A stretch of 64,000 bases of DNA from a virus. Taxonomy: Duplodnaviria; Caudoviricetes. The stretch spans positions 23,099 through 87,098 of IMG/VR virus record IMGVR_UViG_3300011448_000001; one strand, 5' to 3'. Below are positions 1 through 12,763 of the stretch, in pieces. Each line of letters opens with the position of its first letter. Position 1 is the stretch's first letter. Both the position numbers and the translations under genes were made by a program. The notes beneath the pieces were generated by a model, which did no database searches, was not told where the DNA came from, and saw only the letters and a program-made list of their open reading frames with translations.

Positions 1-1219
1 ATGTATACAATTCTGCATCATTATAAGACCAACCACACTCTCTTAAATCATTAGGATTGTCTATATTTAATCCAAAAGTAGCAATTGCTGTTTTAGATCC
101 AACAAAATATCTTATTATCAATGTTCTTGTATACCATTTTTCTGGACAATTTTTATTTTGTGTTCCGTACGCATATACATTTACTTTCTATGAATCCGTA
201 GAAATCTGTTTTCCAGAAGAAGTAAACGTAAATCCGTCTTTAGATATTATTCCACCACTATATGTAGAATAATTCATTATACAAGAATGATTGTTGTTTT
301 TCGTATCATACCAATTTGCACGAGCCTCTATCTAAATACAATATATTTGTTTTAGTTGTTCTTCTGAAATATTGTTTATATAATCTTTAAATTTGATTGC
401 TGTTGTTTCGTTTCCAGATTCTCTATTATCACCACCATACTGTATAAATATATTTTCGTTGTTTCCAGGCTGATCAAATCCTACATAATTTTCATATGTA
501 ACATCGTCGTTATTATATAATTTATATCCTATTCTAGTGGCTGTATCAAGATCAATTCCGTCGTTTTCTTCCCACGTATATTTAATGATCATGTCATCAA
601 ATTCTGATAGGAATATGGAACTTCCGTCTATCTAAATAACACGTAATGTTATTTTTTTACCAGATTCGTTTTGTGTAAATATTACATCAAAATATCTTTC
701 TTCTCCTATATTGTTTTCAGATGCATTTACATAAATACCACCATCAGAATTAGTTATCTATATCCAACTTGGTAATTGATTGTGTGTATATTGTATAAAA
801 CTCCAATCATTATTATCTATCTTTTTAGAACATATTTTAATTTCACTACTATTATCATTTACAACATTATCGATTATAGTAGTAGTATTTTCTCCTATAT
901 ATCCAAACCAATCTGTTTCTCCGTCACCAACAGAATCATAACCACGATAAAAAGCAAATTCATAGTTTTCTGAAGGAGTTGGTTCTTCTGATTTAATAAA
1001 ATGAATGTCTTCGTATAAAATACATTCATTGTCTAGATAAGAAGATCTTCCTGTAGATTCTACGCTATATGTAAGATTTATAATACCATTTATAGAATTA
1101 GAATCTAAAGAATTAATAAAAGATTTTGTAAATACTTCGTTTGAACTATTAGAATATGAACCTCCCCCTGTTGTGATTATATTAGCTAAATCACGCTTTG
1201 TTGCTATTAGTTTGTTCAT
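1..1219 (-). CDS. Tail/structural protein with BACON-like segment; TAG=Gln readthrough; runs off the window edge
   Basis: Track ORFs 758-1219 and 332-592 share one frame joined by TAGs (758, 632, 332, 188). No TAA/TGA in frame down to base 1. Segment VNASENNIGEERYFDVIFTQNESGKKITLRVI(Q) resembles a BACON domain C-terminus. Confidence 0.7.
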
Positions 1220-2642
1220 ATTTATTTACCCTTTCCTTAAGTTCTTCTATTTCGGTTTCTAATTTCTTAATATATAAAATCATTAAAGACTGATAATCTA
1301 CAGATTTAATACCATCTGTTGTATTAACAAGATTGTTAAGACCAGCACATTCAACAGTTTGTGCTATTACTCCATATTTCTTAACATCTTCTCCATTAAA
1401 CATAAACGATACAAGGTTTATATTATCAACCTTATCAAGATCTTCTTTAGAAATAGAATTTATGTTATGTTTAAGATTAATATCAGAAGAAGCGTAGAAT
1501 GTTTTTGCGCTTACTTCATAATCAGAACTAATCGGACTAAGAGTATTTCCACTAAGAGACCAATATGTATCTACTGTACTACCACTACCGCCTTCTATTG
1601 TAATGTTGCCAGAACCAATTAAAGATTGACCGTTTATTGTTTTTAAATCATTAGCCTTAACGTATTCGCTTAAATCTATATCTGGTGCAGTAATAAGAAG
1701 ATCTCCAGTTCCTATTAAAGATTGTCCGTTTATAGTTTTTATCTGTTGATGTGATGTAAGATATTTATTATCACATTCTGTCTTAGTATAATAGTTTGAT
1801 AAATCTACTGTAGGAGCACTAATAGTAATATTACCAGATCCAGTTATTGACTATCCATTTATAGTTTTAAACGTTGGGAAATTAGTAATATCGTTTGTTG
1901 TGTGGGTATGTGAAATATCTGCTTTTTGATTCAGCAAATTATTTGTTTCAGTTTTAGTATAATAATTCTGCAATGTTTGTCCAAGCTATGTATTTGTAAC
2001 ATAGTTTTCAAGACCAAGTTCTGCTTTCTATGTTCCTATAATTTCCCATTGATTATTCTAGAGAAGATATTCTGTATAAATATTATTATTATGTGGATCA
2101 ACAGAAGGAACTAAATAAATAACATTTGGTTTTGCATTACTCTTATCCGGAAGTTCAGTAACAATTTCCATGGTTACTGCAGTCGTAGTAATTGCTTCAA
2201 TTCTATTATTTATCGTATTAAATTCATTATTAACCTCTTGTTTAAAGTTATTAATAGTAGAATCTATTTCACTAATACGTTTATTTATATTAGTAATTGC
2301 GTTTTGTACAGCAGTTAATCCTATTTTTAGATTAGCAATATCACCTTCATTTACAGTAACTCTATTTTCAAGATTTCCTAAACTTATTTTAAGATTAGCA
2401 ATATCTGTTTCGTTATCTGTTATTCTAATTTCATGATTTGCTGTAATTGTTTTAAGATCGTTTATGTCGCTCTTAATTTCTTTTAACATATATATACCGT
2501 GTGTATATATATCTTTATTGTTTGGTTCTACGATAAATGCTATATCGCAACCACATATCAAACCTTCAGATACTTCGTTTTTAAAATCTGCTTCAGTTTT
2601 AGATAATATAAATCTTTGTTTGTGTATAATATTATGATTCAT
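1191..2642 (-). CDS. Tail fibre/spike protein with C-terminal intramolecular chaperone (peptidase S74-like), 483 aa with TAG=Gln
   Basis: ORFs 2058-2642 and 1191-1403 are in frame. Coiled-coil N-terminus, three KTINGQS(I/L)xGxG repeats, and SSDINLKHNI...YGVIAQ...VDY motif followed by a terminal coiled coil. Confidence 0.8.
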
Positions 2643-2862
2643 ATCCTATATATTTCCAATTTATTATATCCTGTGTTAATGACACAACGAGGTCAATTAT
2701 TGCGTTAGCATCTAATATATCTCCAGTGTTATATCCGTTATTAGGATCACCATTTATTATATGGTTTGTTTGTGTATTATTTTTAGTGTTTGTACCAAAC
2801 TGTATTGAATCTCTACAACAGTTGTTACAACACTCACAATTGTTATTATTACAATTTGTCAT
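2632..2862 (-). CDS. Small Cys/Asn-rich hypothetical protein
   Basis: ATG start, TAA stop overlapping the next start; N-terminus MTNCNNNNCECCNNCC. Confidence 0.6.
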   Translation of the reverse strand: MTNCNNNNCECCNNCCRDSIQFGTNTKNNTQTNHIINGDPNNGYNTGDILDANAIIDLVVSLTQDIINWKYIGYES

Positions 2863-3003
2863 ATTTAATTAAGTTTAATTTACACTTATATAGTGTCGGA
2901 AACTCAACGTTACAAAGTTAGAAAGATTTTTAACGAGGTTTCGGATAAATCTATTTTTGTGTAAATGTTGTTAGATTCAATAAGTTTTGAAAATAACAAT
3001 ATA

Positions 3004-3474
3004 TTATGTAAAATGTTCCCAGTCTATTTCAACTTTTTTACCAACTATATCAGAAACCCATCTACGAAACACCATACCTTCATATCCATCAGGATCATTT
3101 ATTATTTTATATGCAGCTAATATACACTACATTTCATTAGATAAAGGATCTGGATATAAATCAGCATAATACATATTAGCAAGATATGTAGCATCTCCTA
3201 TAAATGAATCTGGAACGTTAAAACCGTATTGTATTAATTCTGTTTTTATTTGATTCGGTTCCCAACAATGAGTTACTCCATTTGCATTAATCATCATCTT
3301 ACTAGCATGTGTAGCAAGTTCGTTTGTAAAATGATGACCATGTTTTTTAAGATATTCTTTATATCCTTTTATACATTCCATTGTTTTTTGTATATACTCA
3401 TACGCATCTTTTATAGGAACTTGTTTTTTGTCAACATTATTTGTGTTTTTTCTTACTATAATATATTCTTTCAT
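3004..3474 (-). CDS. Hypothetical protein (HGxHF-motif family), TAG=Gln
   Basis: Track ORF 3127-3474 ends at TAG and continues CILAAYKIINDPDGYEGMVFRRW... to TAA at 3004. Confidence 0.75.
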
Positions 3475-3974
3475 GCTATACGTGTATCTATTTTATTAAT
3501 AAATTTTTCCATCATGGCTTGCTGCTATTTCATTAACATAGAAATATCATCTATAGATTTTTCTATTTTTCCAAATCTTTGTTCATTTTCTTGTTTCTCT
3601 TTGAACACAGGATTTAATTCAGAAAGTAATGATGGTGCTTTATCTATAATTTTATGTGCTTTTTCTGCAGAAGAAAGTATTTGTTCAGCATTTGCTTTTT
3701 GTACTTCTACTTCGTTTACAAGACCAGACTTTTCTGTAGAAAGAACTAAATTCCCAGCATATGTGACAGAAAGACCTTCTGGAATGGTATATATAGCTGT
3801 TTTACCAAAAGCATCTATCGTAACATCAACAACCATTTCTGTTTTACCTGTTTTCTGATTTATATCTAGTCTAGGAAATGATACCTAAGTAACCTTACCT
3901 TGTGTAAGTTCAAGTTCTTGTGTATCTAAAATATATACCGGATAATTTTGTTTTATTTCTTTAAATAGTAACAT
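3471..3974 (-). CDS. Hypothetical protein, TAG=Gln
   Basis: ATG at 3974 (MLLFKEIKQNYPVY); in-frame TAGs; ends at TGA 3471 overlapping the next ATG (ATGA). Confidence 0.75.
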
Positions 3975-4011
3975 ATCTTTTGTTTTTTAAGTTAATGATA
4001 TAGTATTAAAT

Positions 4012-4043
4012 AGAGGTGCAGAGTATTTTTACTCCACACCTTT
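4012..4043 (-). terminator. Possible intrinsic terminator hairpin
   Basis: Intergenic AGGTG..GAGTA-TTTT-TACTC..CACCT inverted repeat. Confidence 0.4.
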
Positions 4044-4050
4044 ATTTATT

Positions 4051-4464
4051 TTAAGCAGCCTAAGCTGGGATTGAAACTGTTAAAGAACTATTAATAGCGT
4101 AACAATTGGATTTACCGCAAATAATTTTAATAAGACCCTGTGTAGATCCTACCTGATTGATTGTTACAGAAGCAGGCAAAGTTGTTCTACCCTAAAAAGC
4201 AATCATAAATCTTTCTGTGATTACTTGAGTAGTAGCTTTACAACCATAACCAGGAGTTACGATAGTAATAGTAGCCACAACAGGAACAAATACTGTAGTA
4301 CCATTAAGTACCGGTGTTTCATTTCTATATGTTACTGTTGCTGATGGCTGATTAGAAGAAGTAGCACAAATTGTGCGACATAACTTCTCCTTAAAAGTAG
4401 CTAATACAGAAACCTGATTAGCTACTGGAGCGGCGGCTAAGCCTACCGGTGATAAAATAACCAT
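4051..4464 (-). CDS. Hypothetical protein, TAG=Gln
   Basis: Track ORF 4192-4464 reads through TAG (MIAF-Q-GRTTLP) to TAA at 4051. Confidence 0.75.
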
Positions 4465-4492
4465 AATTAAACAATTTAATTAATTAATATGA

Positions 4493-5371
4493 TCAAAGTC
4501 CACAACCGCAGTTGTTGTTACATCCGCAGCAGTTATTACAACCACCAAGACGATTCAGTAACAGATTGTTTTGACGCTCCTGAGAAAGCTCAAACTTCAA
4601 ATCCTGAATCTTACGCTGATTCTCATCATTCCAGTGATTATTCAAAGTATCAATTACACGCTGAGTATTAGCGTTACCAGCATTTATGATATCACAAGTC
4701 TGACGCTATGTCTCATAAGAAGAAGTAGCAAATCCTTGAGTAATTGCCTGACCAAGATCACGCTGACCATTACGGAGTTCTCCAGTCTACTGGCACATCT
4801 GCAGAGCCATAGCACTACGGAAGTCACATATGTTCTGACGTATGTTGCAGCAGCATTCCTGTAATTTAGAAATAATATTGCAATCACCGAGATTAGCAGC
4901 ATTAATTACACGCTCTGCTGAGAAACCTACCTGTCCAGCAACCTGCTGAATAGCAGCCTGAACATCACAGCAACACTTCTGGAGAGTATTGAAATCTACG
5001 TTAAGATTCTGTGCCAACTGACTAATAGCAAACGCATTACCCTGTACAGCCTGCTTAATACAATCAGCATTCTGATTATCCTGTAACTATGTACGGATAG
5101 CATTTAACTGAGCCTGAGTTTCGATACCCTGAGTAGCTACACCGGCACCCATGCCGTTACCACCTCCCCAACCGAAACCACCATTGCGGAACAGAGCCAT
5201 AAACATCATATAAGCAAACGGATTATTCATCCAGTTGTTCATACCACCATTCATCATTGCAGCCATAGGTCCCCAACCATCATGATTGTTATTTGCCAAA
5301 ATTGCTGCTGTTAACGCAGTATCGTTATTGTTACGATCGCAACAATAAATTTTTTCAATTGTGTTGTCCAC
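4493..5371 (-). CDS. Gly/Asn/Gln- and Cys-rich (CCC motif) protein, 292 aa with TAG=Gln
   Basis: ORFs 5087-5371 and 4787-5017 are in frame. Readthrough gives AIRT-Q-LQDNQ, MCQ-Q-TGELR and YET-Q-RQTCDII, ending GGCNNCCGCNNNCGCGL-TGA. Confidence 0.85.
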
Positions 5372-5412
5372 AATTATAAAATTTTTAGTTAAGTTTTTGT
5401 TAATTAATTTTT

Positions 5413-8400
5413 TTAATTTTTAGAAACAATGTTTTTTAAGTCGTTGATTGTTTCTTTTAATTCTTTTATTTGTTTTTTAAGATTGATAATCTCTAATATA
5501 AATAAGTTGTTATAGTTCACAGAATACATTTCTTCTTCTGATCCTCTAACAATATTTGGTAATCCTAATTCTAGGACATCTTGTGCAATAACACCATAAT
5601 CAGTGTTGTTATCACCTATATAATTAAATTGTTTATAATTTATATTATTTATCTATTTTAAAGAATCATCATCAATATCTGTAATGTTTTCTTTTGCTCG
5701 TCTGTCAGAAGAAATCTACATTGATTTACTTGAGTATAACGAACCAGTAGGCATAAAATATAAATTACCTGCTGTCTTTATGTGGGCATTAGTCTAACTA
5801 TCTAAAACAATATCGTCGGTTGCATCTAAGTTAATTATATTAGAAGAAAGAGAAATTCGATTATTATTATTTGTACCAGTACTAATCTCTATATCATAAA
5901 TACTATTCCACTAACTAGCATTTATATAAGTATCTAAATTAGATCCGTTTAAAAACTCAATCTCGTTATTACCGATGTTTACATGAGTAGAAGAACTATC
6001 TCCCACAGTAAGATCATTACTAGCGGTAATACTTTGTGTAGATATTTTATTATTATTAAAAATAGATCCGCCGATAGTAGCTGTAGTAGCTTTTAAATTA
6101 TATAAAGTAGTACTTGTTCCTAAAATAATTTCTGGTGCACCATAAGATGCTTTTACTCTAATTGTACCTATAACATTTACATCATATTTATTAATTACAA
6201 CAGAACCGTTTGAGATAGCACTTCCAATATTTATAATATTATTAGTAGTTCCAGAACTAGGTGATTCTCCAAAAGACACGTCCCCTTTTATATTAAGACC
6301 ACCATTTGGTACTGTTAACACAGAAGACAAGTCGTTTAATTTGATTTTATCTTCTTTAGGCATTAATCCATCGAATTCATTAGTTGCTGTTGTAATAGTA
6401 GTAACAACTGCTCCTAAACCCATCATGTCCGTGTTTAAACCAAATGATAATGTATTATTTAACATTGAATAACTAAGATGTGGTGCGACATATTGACCTG
6501 TACCATTAAGTAATTGAAGATTTGGGGACGCGTTACTAATATTAGTAGTAGGTAATTTGGGCATAAGACCGTTAGCAGAGGTGCTTACTAAACTGTAAGT
6601 TGTGTTAGTAGGAATAACCCACGTACCATCTCCTCTTAAGAAACTTGTTTGTTTTCCTGCTGCAGGAGCTGGAACAAGACCTGCTTTACCTGCATTTGAT
6701 GCGGTTGCTGCAGTCATGTTAGAATATGTAGTATTATTATCTGTCCAAGGTACGTAAACATAAGCATTACCACCAGAATCAACTTGAACTTTATAATTCT
6801 TTCCAGAATTAGTATATCCTACTTTTATACCTCCAAGTGCACTGTTTGTTGCTATAGGAAGTATATAATTAGCTAATCCGTCCAATTTAACTTTATCTTC
6901 TTTAGACATTAATCCATTAGAATCTGATGATGCTATATCTCTTGAAGCAGCACCTAAAGCAGTTAATGCAGCAGCAGCTGTAGTAGCACCAGTACCTCCA
7001 TGAGCGATAGAAAGTGTTCCTGTTATGCCAGGAGTTACATTTGCAGAACCATTAAAACTAGCAGCGGTAGTAGAACCGAGATTAGTTTGAATTCTTCTTG
7101 ATGTCTATAAAGTAGTAGCAGTAGTAGCATTACCACTCAAAGCTGCTTTAATGGTAGCAGGTAATTTAAGATTAACAGCAGCAGAACCATTAACGCTTGT
7201 AGTAACAGCAGTACCAGTACCATCTGAATTTACAATACCTATATTACGAGCAGTTCCCCAATTAGCAGTAGTGATGTTCGCTGTTCCATCAAACGCTGTT
7301 CCGTTAATTGTTCTAGCTGTAGCAAGCTTAGTAGCAGTACCAACAGCAACAGTATCTAATGTTGATACACTACCATCAGCCATTAAGAACTAAGATGCTG
7401 TGCCTCCTGATTTAATAAAACTATTAGCTGTAATTGCTTTAGAAAATGTTTTTGTACCACTAATAGTTTGAGTACTATTTAATGTTACATAATTTGCTAA
7501 ACTCTAATGTGCAGTAAGAGGAGTGATACTTGTTCCATTAATAGTAATAGTATTGCCTGAAATCTTTGTATTTCCATCATGTAATACCTTACGCCAAGGT
7601 CTCCAAGTAGTGCTGTTTGCCGTACGGATAAGCAAGTTTGTGTCAGTTTGGCTGCTTTGATAAGGCATTGCCAGCTGAGAACGAAAGTTACCGCCCGAAA
7701 AAGATCCAATGTTTATCACTGAATAATATTTTTCATAGCCGTTTATCAGCTCCTCATTCTCAACACTAATAACCTACGGATTAAGATTAGTATTGTTTAC
7801 GGTTTCAATAGTCTTATTAGACCAAGATACATAATTACCTTTTGCTTGATATTTATTATCTGATTCTGTTTTTGTATAAGCGTCTGTTATACTATAACCA
7901 GATAAAGTAGTAGGTTTAGAAGTTATAGAAGCAAATGTATGAGAATGATTAGTAGTTGTAGCTAATGAAACATTACCACTACCATCCAATGTAGCAGAAC
8001 CAGTTACAGAACCAGTAAGAGATAAAGTTCTTGGTGTAGCCCACTTAGAAGCAGTACTAGCATTACCAGAAAGACTACCTGTAATAGTAGAACCCGAAAT
8101 AGTTACAGAACTATTCTAAATAACTTTACCAGAAGTACCATTATATGTTGCTATTGCATTTGCTGTAGAACTAGATGGACCAGTTACAGCACCATCTATA
8201 TTTGTTTGTACTACGGTCCAATGTGCATTATTAGCAGTAGTTCCATCAGTAATACACATTATTAAATCTCCAACTTCACATTTTACTCCAGCATAAGTTC
8301 CAGACGTAATTACTTTGTAAGTCCATCCTGCGTTATGAGTAGTAGGGAGTGCTGTTACTGTACCACCAGTACCTATAGTTCCTTTAAACAACATTGCATC

Positions 8401-9681
8401 GTTAGCTGCAAGCTTGCTATCAACAGCTGCTTGTACAAATGCTGTAGTAGCTATTTGAGTAGTATTAGTTCCAGCAGCAGCAGTAGGTGCCTTAGGAGTA
8501 CCTGTAAATGTTGGATTAGTAAACATGGTTGTTTTAGATTCGTTTGTTACATTTCCTAAACCAACCTATGCTTTAGTAACTTTATGTGGATTAGCTACAT
8601 TAGCTATATGAGTATCGAGATTTGTCTAAGCATCAGTACCTGCTTTTTTAGCGTCTGCTATGGCAGCAGCCTATGCAGTAGAAACTGGTTTATTTGCATC
8701 AGTTGTATTATCAACATTATCAAGTCCTATATTAGCTTTAGTAATATTTATATTACCTGTTCTATAAGTAGATTCGCTACTACCTTTAACACCAGTTACT
8801 GTATTCTTTTGAGCACCTGTAGCAATTCCAGCAAGTTTATCTTTTTCAGCTTTAGTATAATCACTTGTACTTAATCCTGGAGTTGTTCCATCTGCTAAAG
8901 TATTTGGAATTGTAACTGTTCTTGTTGTCTAACTTGTTACATGTCCATTAGTATTAGTAGCAACTTGTGATATACTAAAAGTATCTCCAAAGGATGGAGT
9001 CTAATCAGCTGTTTCTATACCAGTAGTTGCAGTAAAGGTTGGATGAGTATATTTATTTGCTCCAGATGTTATACTATCAAGTTTAGTTTTATCTGCAGCA
9101 GACATAAGTCCCGCAGCAGTTGTAGTAGCAGCAGAATAAGTAGTATCTTTAGCTGTTATAGTTAATTTATCATTAGTAGCATCCGGAGTAAGAGTAATAT
9201 TACTTCCTGCTACAAATTCAACAATATCTGTTTTTGTATCAGCAGCAATAGTAGTAGTTCCTACTTTTATGTTAGAGAATGAGTTTTGATTAACTTCTGC
9301 ACCTGTTGCTATTCCTGCTAATTTATTTTTTTCAGTTGTTGTATAATCGTTAGTAGATAATACTTTTCCTGTTACTTTATCTACTTTATTGTCTAACGCT
9401 GTTTGTGTTGCGGTAGATATTGGTTTATTAATATCAGAAGTATTATCTACATTTCCTAATCCAACTTGTGATTTGGTTACTCCGTGTGGATTAGATTTAT
9501 TATTTGTATGTGTTGTTAAATTTGCTTGTACTGCGTCAGAATTGCAATCGTAATAAACATCATCAGACCATATTTTTTTCTATGTTTTAAGAAAAACAAT
9601 ATCATCTTTTTTTGCGGTCCCAGCAGCAACTTTCTAATCAAATGCAGTTTTATTAAGTTCGCTTTTTACAAATTTTACCAT
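5413..9681 (-). CDS. Long tail fibre (about 1422 aa) with C-terminal S74-like chaperone, TAG=Gln
   Basis: Six track ORFs (5911, 7105, 7504, 7774, 8116 and the upstream region) fall in one frame. Thr/Ala/Gly-rich fibre repeats (NPHxVTKxQVGLGNV; GLMSxxDKxKL). C-terminal SSDRRAKENI...YGVIAQ...VNY. TAA at 5413. Confidence 0.85.
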
Positions 9682-9736
9682 TTTTATTAATTATTAAAAA
9701 ATACATTAAAGCTGCTAAGATGCAACTTGTTGTTTA

Positions 9737-10909
9737 TTATGCGAGTACGTTCCAAGTAAGACAAGTATCTGTATATGCTTTTGCACTTGCAAGAGTGTTT
9801 GCATCACCAGTTACTCTAGCGGTTTCTTCTGTCTTAATTGCTGTCGCAATATTATTAATGTTTGTCTAAACGTTTGTTCCTGCAATTGCTACGGCAGTTC
9901 CAGATGCAGCAACAGCAGTACTTGAAATATTAGAAGCTGTTTTAGCTATAGTGGTAGCAGAAATTTTACCATTTGTTTCTGTAACAGAAGTTACAATTGT
10001 GTTTGCATTACCAATTGTAGCAACATCTAATGCGTTTACTGCACTATTAATAGCGCTCTGTACTCCAGATAATTTAATTCCATCTGTACCTACAGTTAAA
10101 AATGATTCAGAGGTGGAATCTTTTTTTACAGAAATAACACCATCTATAACTTGTAAACCATCTGCATATTCTGATTCAAGAATAAAATCAGACATATCTA
10201 TAGTAACTACATTTTCTGTTCCATCAGTAAGAATGTATGTATATATAAGAGACTGTCCGTTTCTTACAACACTTTTAAGAGTAGAGTCCTTATATACAGG
10301 GATTGATCCTATAACAGCACCACTCTTACCTATAATGTCATACTGCTCTTTTACATTTGCTGCAAGACCAGTAGTTTTCTTAGTAACAGAAAGATTAGCT
10401 AAAATACCACTTGCGCTCTGTGTTAATATTTTATCTGTGCTATTAATAGATAAACCAACGCCGTTTGTTGTATCGAGAACAACAGCCTGATTTGGTTTAA
10501 TATTTACTTTTGCTGTAGTTCCGTCTGTAGTTTCTGTTATAACTAAAGATTTATCAGCAGCAGATAAATGTTGTTTTGTTGCAGTTGTTTCAAGTGTAGA
10601 AATACGATCTGTATTATTATCTACCTGTGAAAATTTTTCTTTTGACATTAAACCATCAGTAGTTGCACTAGCTTTTATAAGTGTAATTACTGTAGTTTTA
10701 CCATCTTTGTGTGTAAAAGTTATTTTATTAGGAGAAGTATATGTTACGCTTAAAACTGCTCCGTTTAATATTTCTGCCTAAGTAGAATCAAGTCCATATT
10801 CTACTCCGTTTACAATTATAATTTTTCGGTCTGTTGCAAAAAATATACCGTCTTCGTATGTTTTTGCGTCATATTTACTATACAGACCTCTAATAAAAGA
10901 TACGTTCAT
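9737..10909 (-). CDS. Tail fibre-like structural protein (390 aa), TAG=Gln
   Basis: ATG at 10909 is in frame with track ORF 9866-10648; contains ATTDGLMSKE fibre motif; TAA at 9737. Confidence 0.75.
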
Positions 10910-10926
10910 GTTTTAATTTTTATTTT

Positions 10927-11556
10927 TTATTTCCACGTAAGTTGTGTTTCTATTTTATGTATATTATTAGTAACAACCGAGTTTGCTATTGGATAATTAG
11001 AACTTTCGTTTAATTCTAAATCTACATCTAAATTATCATGTATATAATCCCAGATACTCTAAAAATCTTTATTTAATCCGTCTGGATCTATATATGGTTG
11101 CCAAGTACCTACTTTTTCCCATTTACCAACACCATCAGTTATTACCCAAATATATTCATCAAATATGTTTGATTGTGGAGGATCTTCTTCAGTATCTGTT
11201 TCTGGTTTATGGGGAGTTAAAAACATTTTATTTTTAAGTTCCTCCGCCGGTTCTTCTGGAAGTTCGTTTACAACAATCGCTATTCTTTCGTCTAAATCAA
11301 ACGATATTATAGCGTCTTTGGTACCATCTTCTTTGATATAGTTATCTATTTTAATACCATGACCAGCGTTTGCTTGAGTTAAAATGTTTTGTTTTTTATC
11401 AAGTTCTATATAATTAGACTTGGCAGTTAGTATATCTACATCCTATAATAATTCTGTTCTAGCAGATTGTTCTTTTTCAAGCATTATCAATCTTGGTTGC
11501 TACCAAATATTTTTACGACTACGCGCCTTTGTTTCTATTAATTGATTAGCTATCAT
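10927..11556 (-). CDS. Hypothetical structural protein (209 aa), TAG=Gln
   Basis: Checked codon by codon: only TAG interruptions. Motif NIFDEYIWV...WEKVGT echoes NIYTEYLL...WEIIGT in the 1191-2642 gene. Confidence 0.75.
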
Positions 11557-11558
11557 TG

Positions 11559-11948
11559 TTAAATATATTTTTTCCAATCTATGTTTATATCTTTAGATTT
11601 TGTATAATTTAGCCAATCCTAAAATGCGTGGCCCTCATAACTATTATTGTTTTTAGAATAAATAACAGCATAATTTATACATTGATCTTCAGATTCAAAT
11701 ATAGAATTGAAGTTTGCATAAGCTATGTTTGCAACATAAAATATATCATATAATGTAGAATTATTTAATAAAGACACAGCTTTATTATTATCTAACAACC
11801 ACTTATCTATTTTTTCTAATGTAATTATATTATTAGTAATAATAGTAGACAATGCAAAATTTACAAGTTTTTCTGTAAAATGTAAACCATGCTATTTTAT
11901 GTATTCTTTTTTATATTGCTTGTCTTTATATGATTTTAGTACATACAT
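11559..11948 (-). CDS. Hypothetical protein (HGxHF family, paralog of 3004-3474), TAG=Gln
   Basis: MYVLKSYKDKQYKKEYIK-Q-HGLHFTEKL...YEGHAF-Q-DWLNY; TAA at 11559. Confidence 0.75.
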
Positions 11949-11982
11949 AACTAATTAGTTTATTAATGTATAATAATAAAAA

Positions 11983-12004
11983 GAGGGCTCCGTTTGGAGT
12001 CCTC
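11983..12004 (-). terminator. Intrinsic terminator after dUTPase
   Basis: GAGGGCTCC-GTTT-GGAGTCCTC hairpin followed by a T-run on the minus strand. Confidence 0.65.
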
Positions 12005-12014
12005 AAAATATTTA

Positions 12015-12533
12015 TTAATCTTTTATAATATTTTCTGAATCGTTAGAAGTAGCATCGATTACTTCGTCTGATTTATCGGTTATTTCTACTTTAGCAGTAT
12101 CTGTAGATCCGTAACCACCTTCACCACGATCTGATTCTGAGAGTTCTGTACACTCAATAATATCAATATCTGTAATACAAGGTGTAATTACTAATTGTGC
12201 AAATTTATCACCTGGTTTATATATTGCAGGAACTACATCTGTAGTAGATCTCATCTTAAACATAATTTCACCACGATAACCACAATCAATTACGCCAACT
12301 GCATTAGTAGTTGATAAAGACTTCTTTGATATACTAGAACGAGGAAACAGTAATCCAACATAACCTTCTGGTATTTCTACAGCAAGATCGGTGTGATATA
12401 CTAAAATTACTTGACCACATTCGTTAAGTTCGGTTGTTACTTCTGTACAAACAAGATCAAGTCCTGCGTCTGTCTTATGAGCGCGTGTAGGCGTTACAGC
12501 CAATTCCTTAAGTTTCTTAAATTTTAATTCCAT
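12015..12533 (-). CDS. dut: Trimeric dUTPase
   Basis: Motifs AGLDL, PRSS, VIDCGYRGEI, FAQLV, RGEGGYGST. Confidence 0.95.
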   Translation of the reverse strand: MELKFKKLKELAVTPTRAHKTDAGLDLVCTEVTTELNECGQVILVYHTDLAVEIPEGYVGLLFPRSSISKKSLSTTNAVGVIDCGYRGEIMFKMRSTTDVVPAIYKPGDKFAQLVITPCITDIDIIECTELSESDRGEGGYGSTDTAKVEITDKSDEVIDATSNDSENIIKD

Positions 12534-12623
12534 GTTTTAATTTTATCAAAAAAGAAATATTGTTTATATTAAATTACTTTTTAGTAACGAACCCTTAGTG
12601 TTTTTCGTCTAAGGGGAAATAAT

Positions 12624-12670
12624 GTAGACTTTCTGGAATCGAACCAGATAAACCACCGCTGGAAGTCTTA
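12624..12670 (-). ncRNA. Anticodon-less mini-tRNA-like element A
   Basis: AGACTT/AAGTCT acceptor-like stem, 14-nt linker CCAGCGGTGGTTTA, T-arm TCTGG-TTCGATT-CCAGA. Confidence 0.55.
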
Positions 12671-12763
12671 CCTGTGTTATGTACAATTAATTTAATAAGA
12701 GTTTTTGATAAACAAAATCAAGTTATAATTTTTATGAGAAAAAAATAAATTTTTTAAAGGTCG

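Noticed and set aside
3250-10490. Long plus-strand ORFs (3250-3858, 8584-8874, 9951-10490) and similar antisense ORFs such as 28963-29559
   Set aside because: Shadow frames of real genes on the other strand, with low-complexity composition.
5413-10909. Diversity-generating retroelement or invertible tail cassette
   Set aside because: No reverse transcriptase, recombinase or template/variable repeat pair seen in the window.
12700-12763. Theta (HDV-like) ribozyme 3' of the suppressor tRNA
   Set aside because: The downstream sequence is AT-rich with no nested double pseudoknot.
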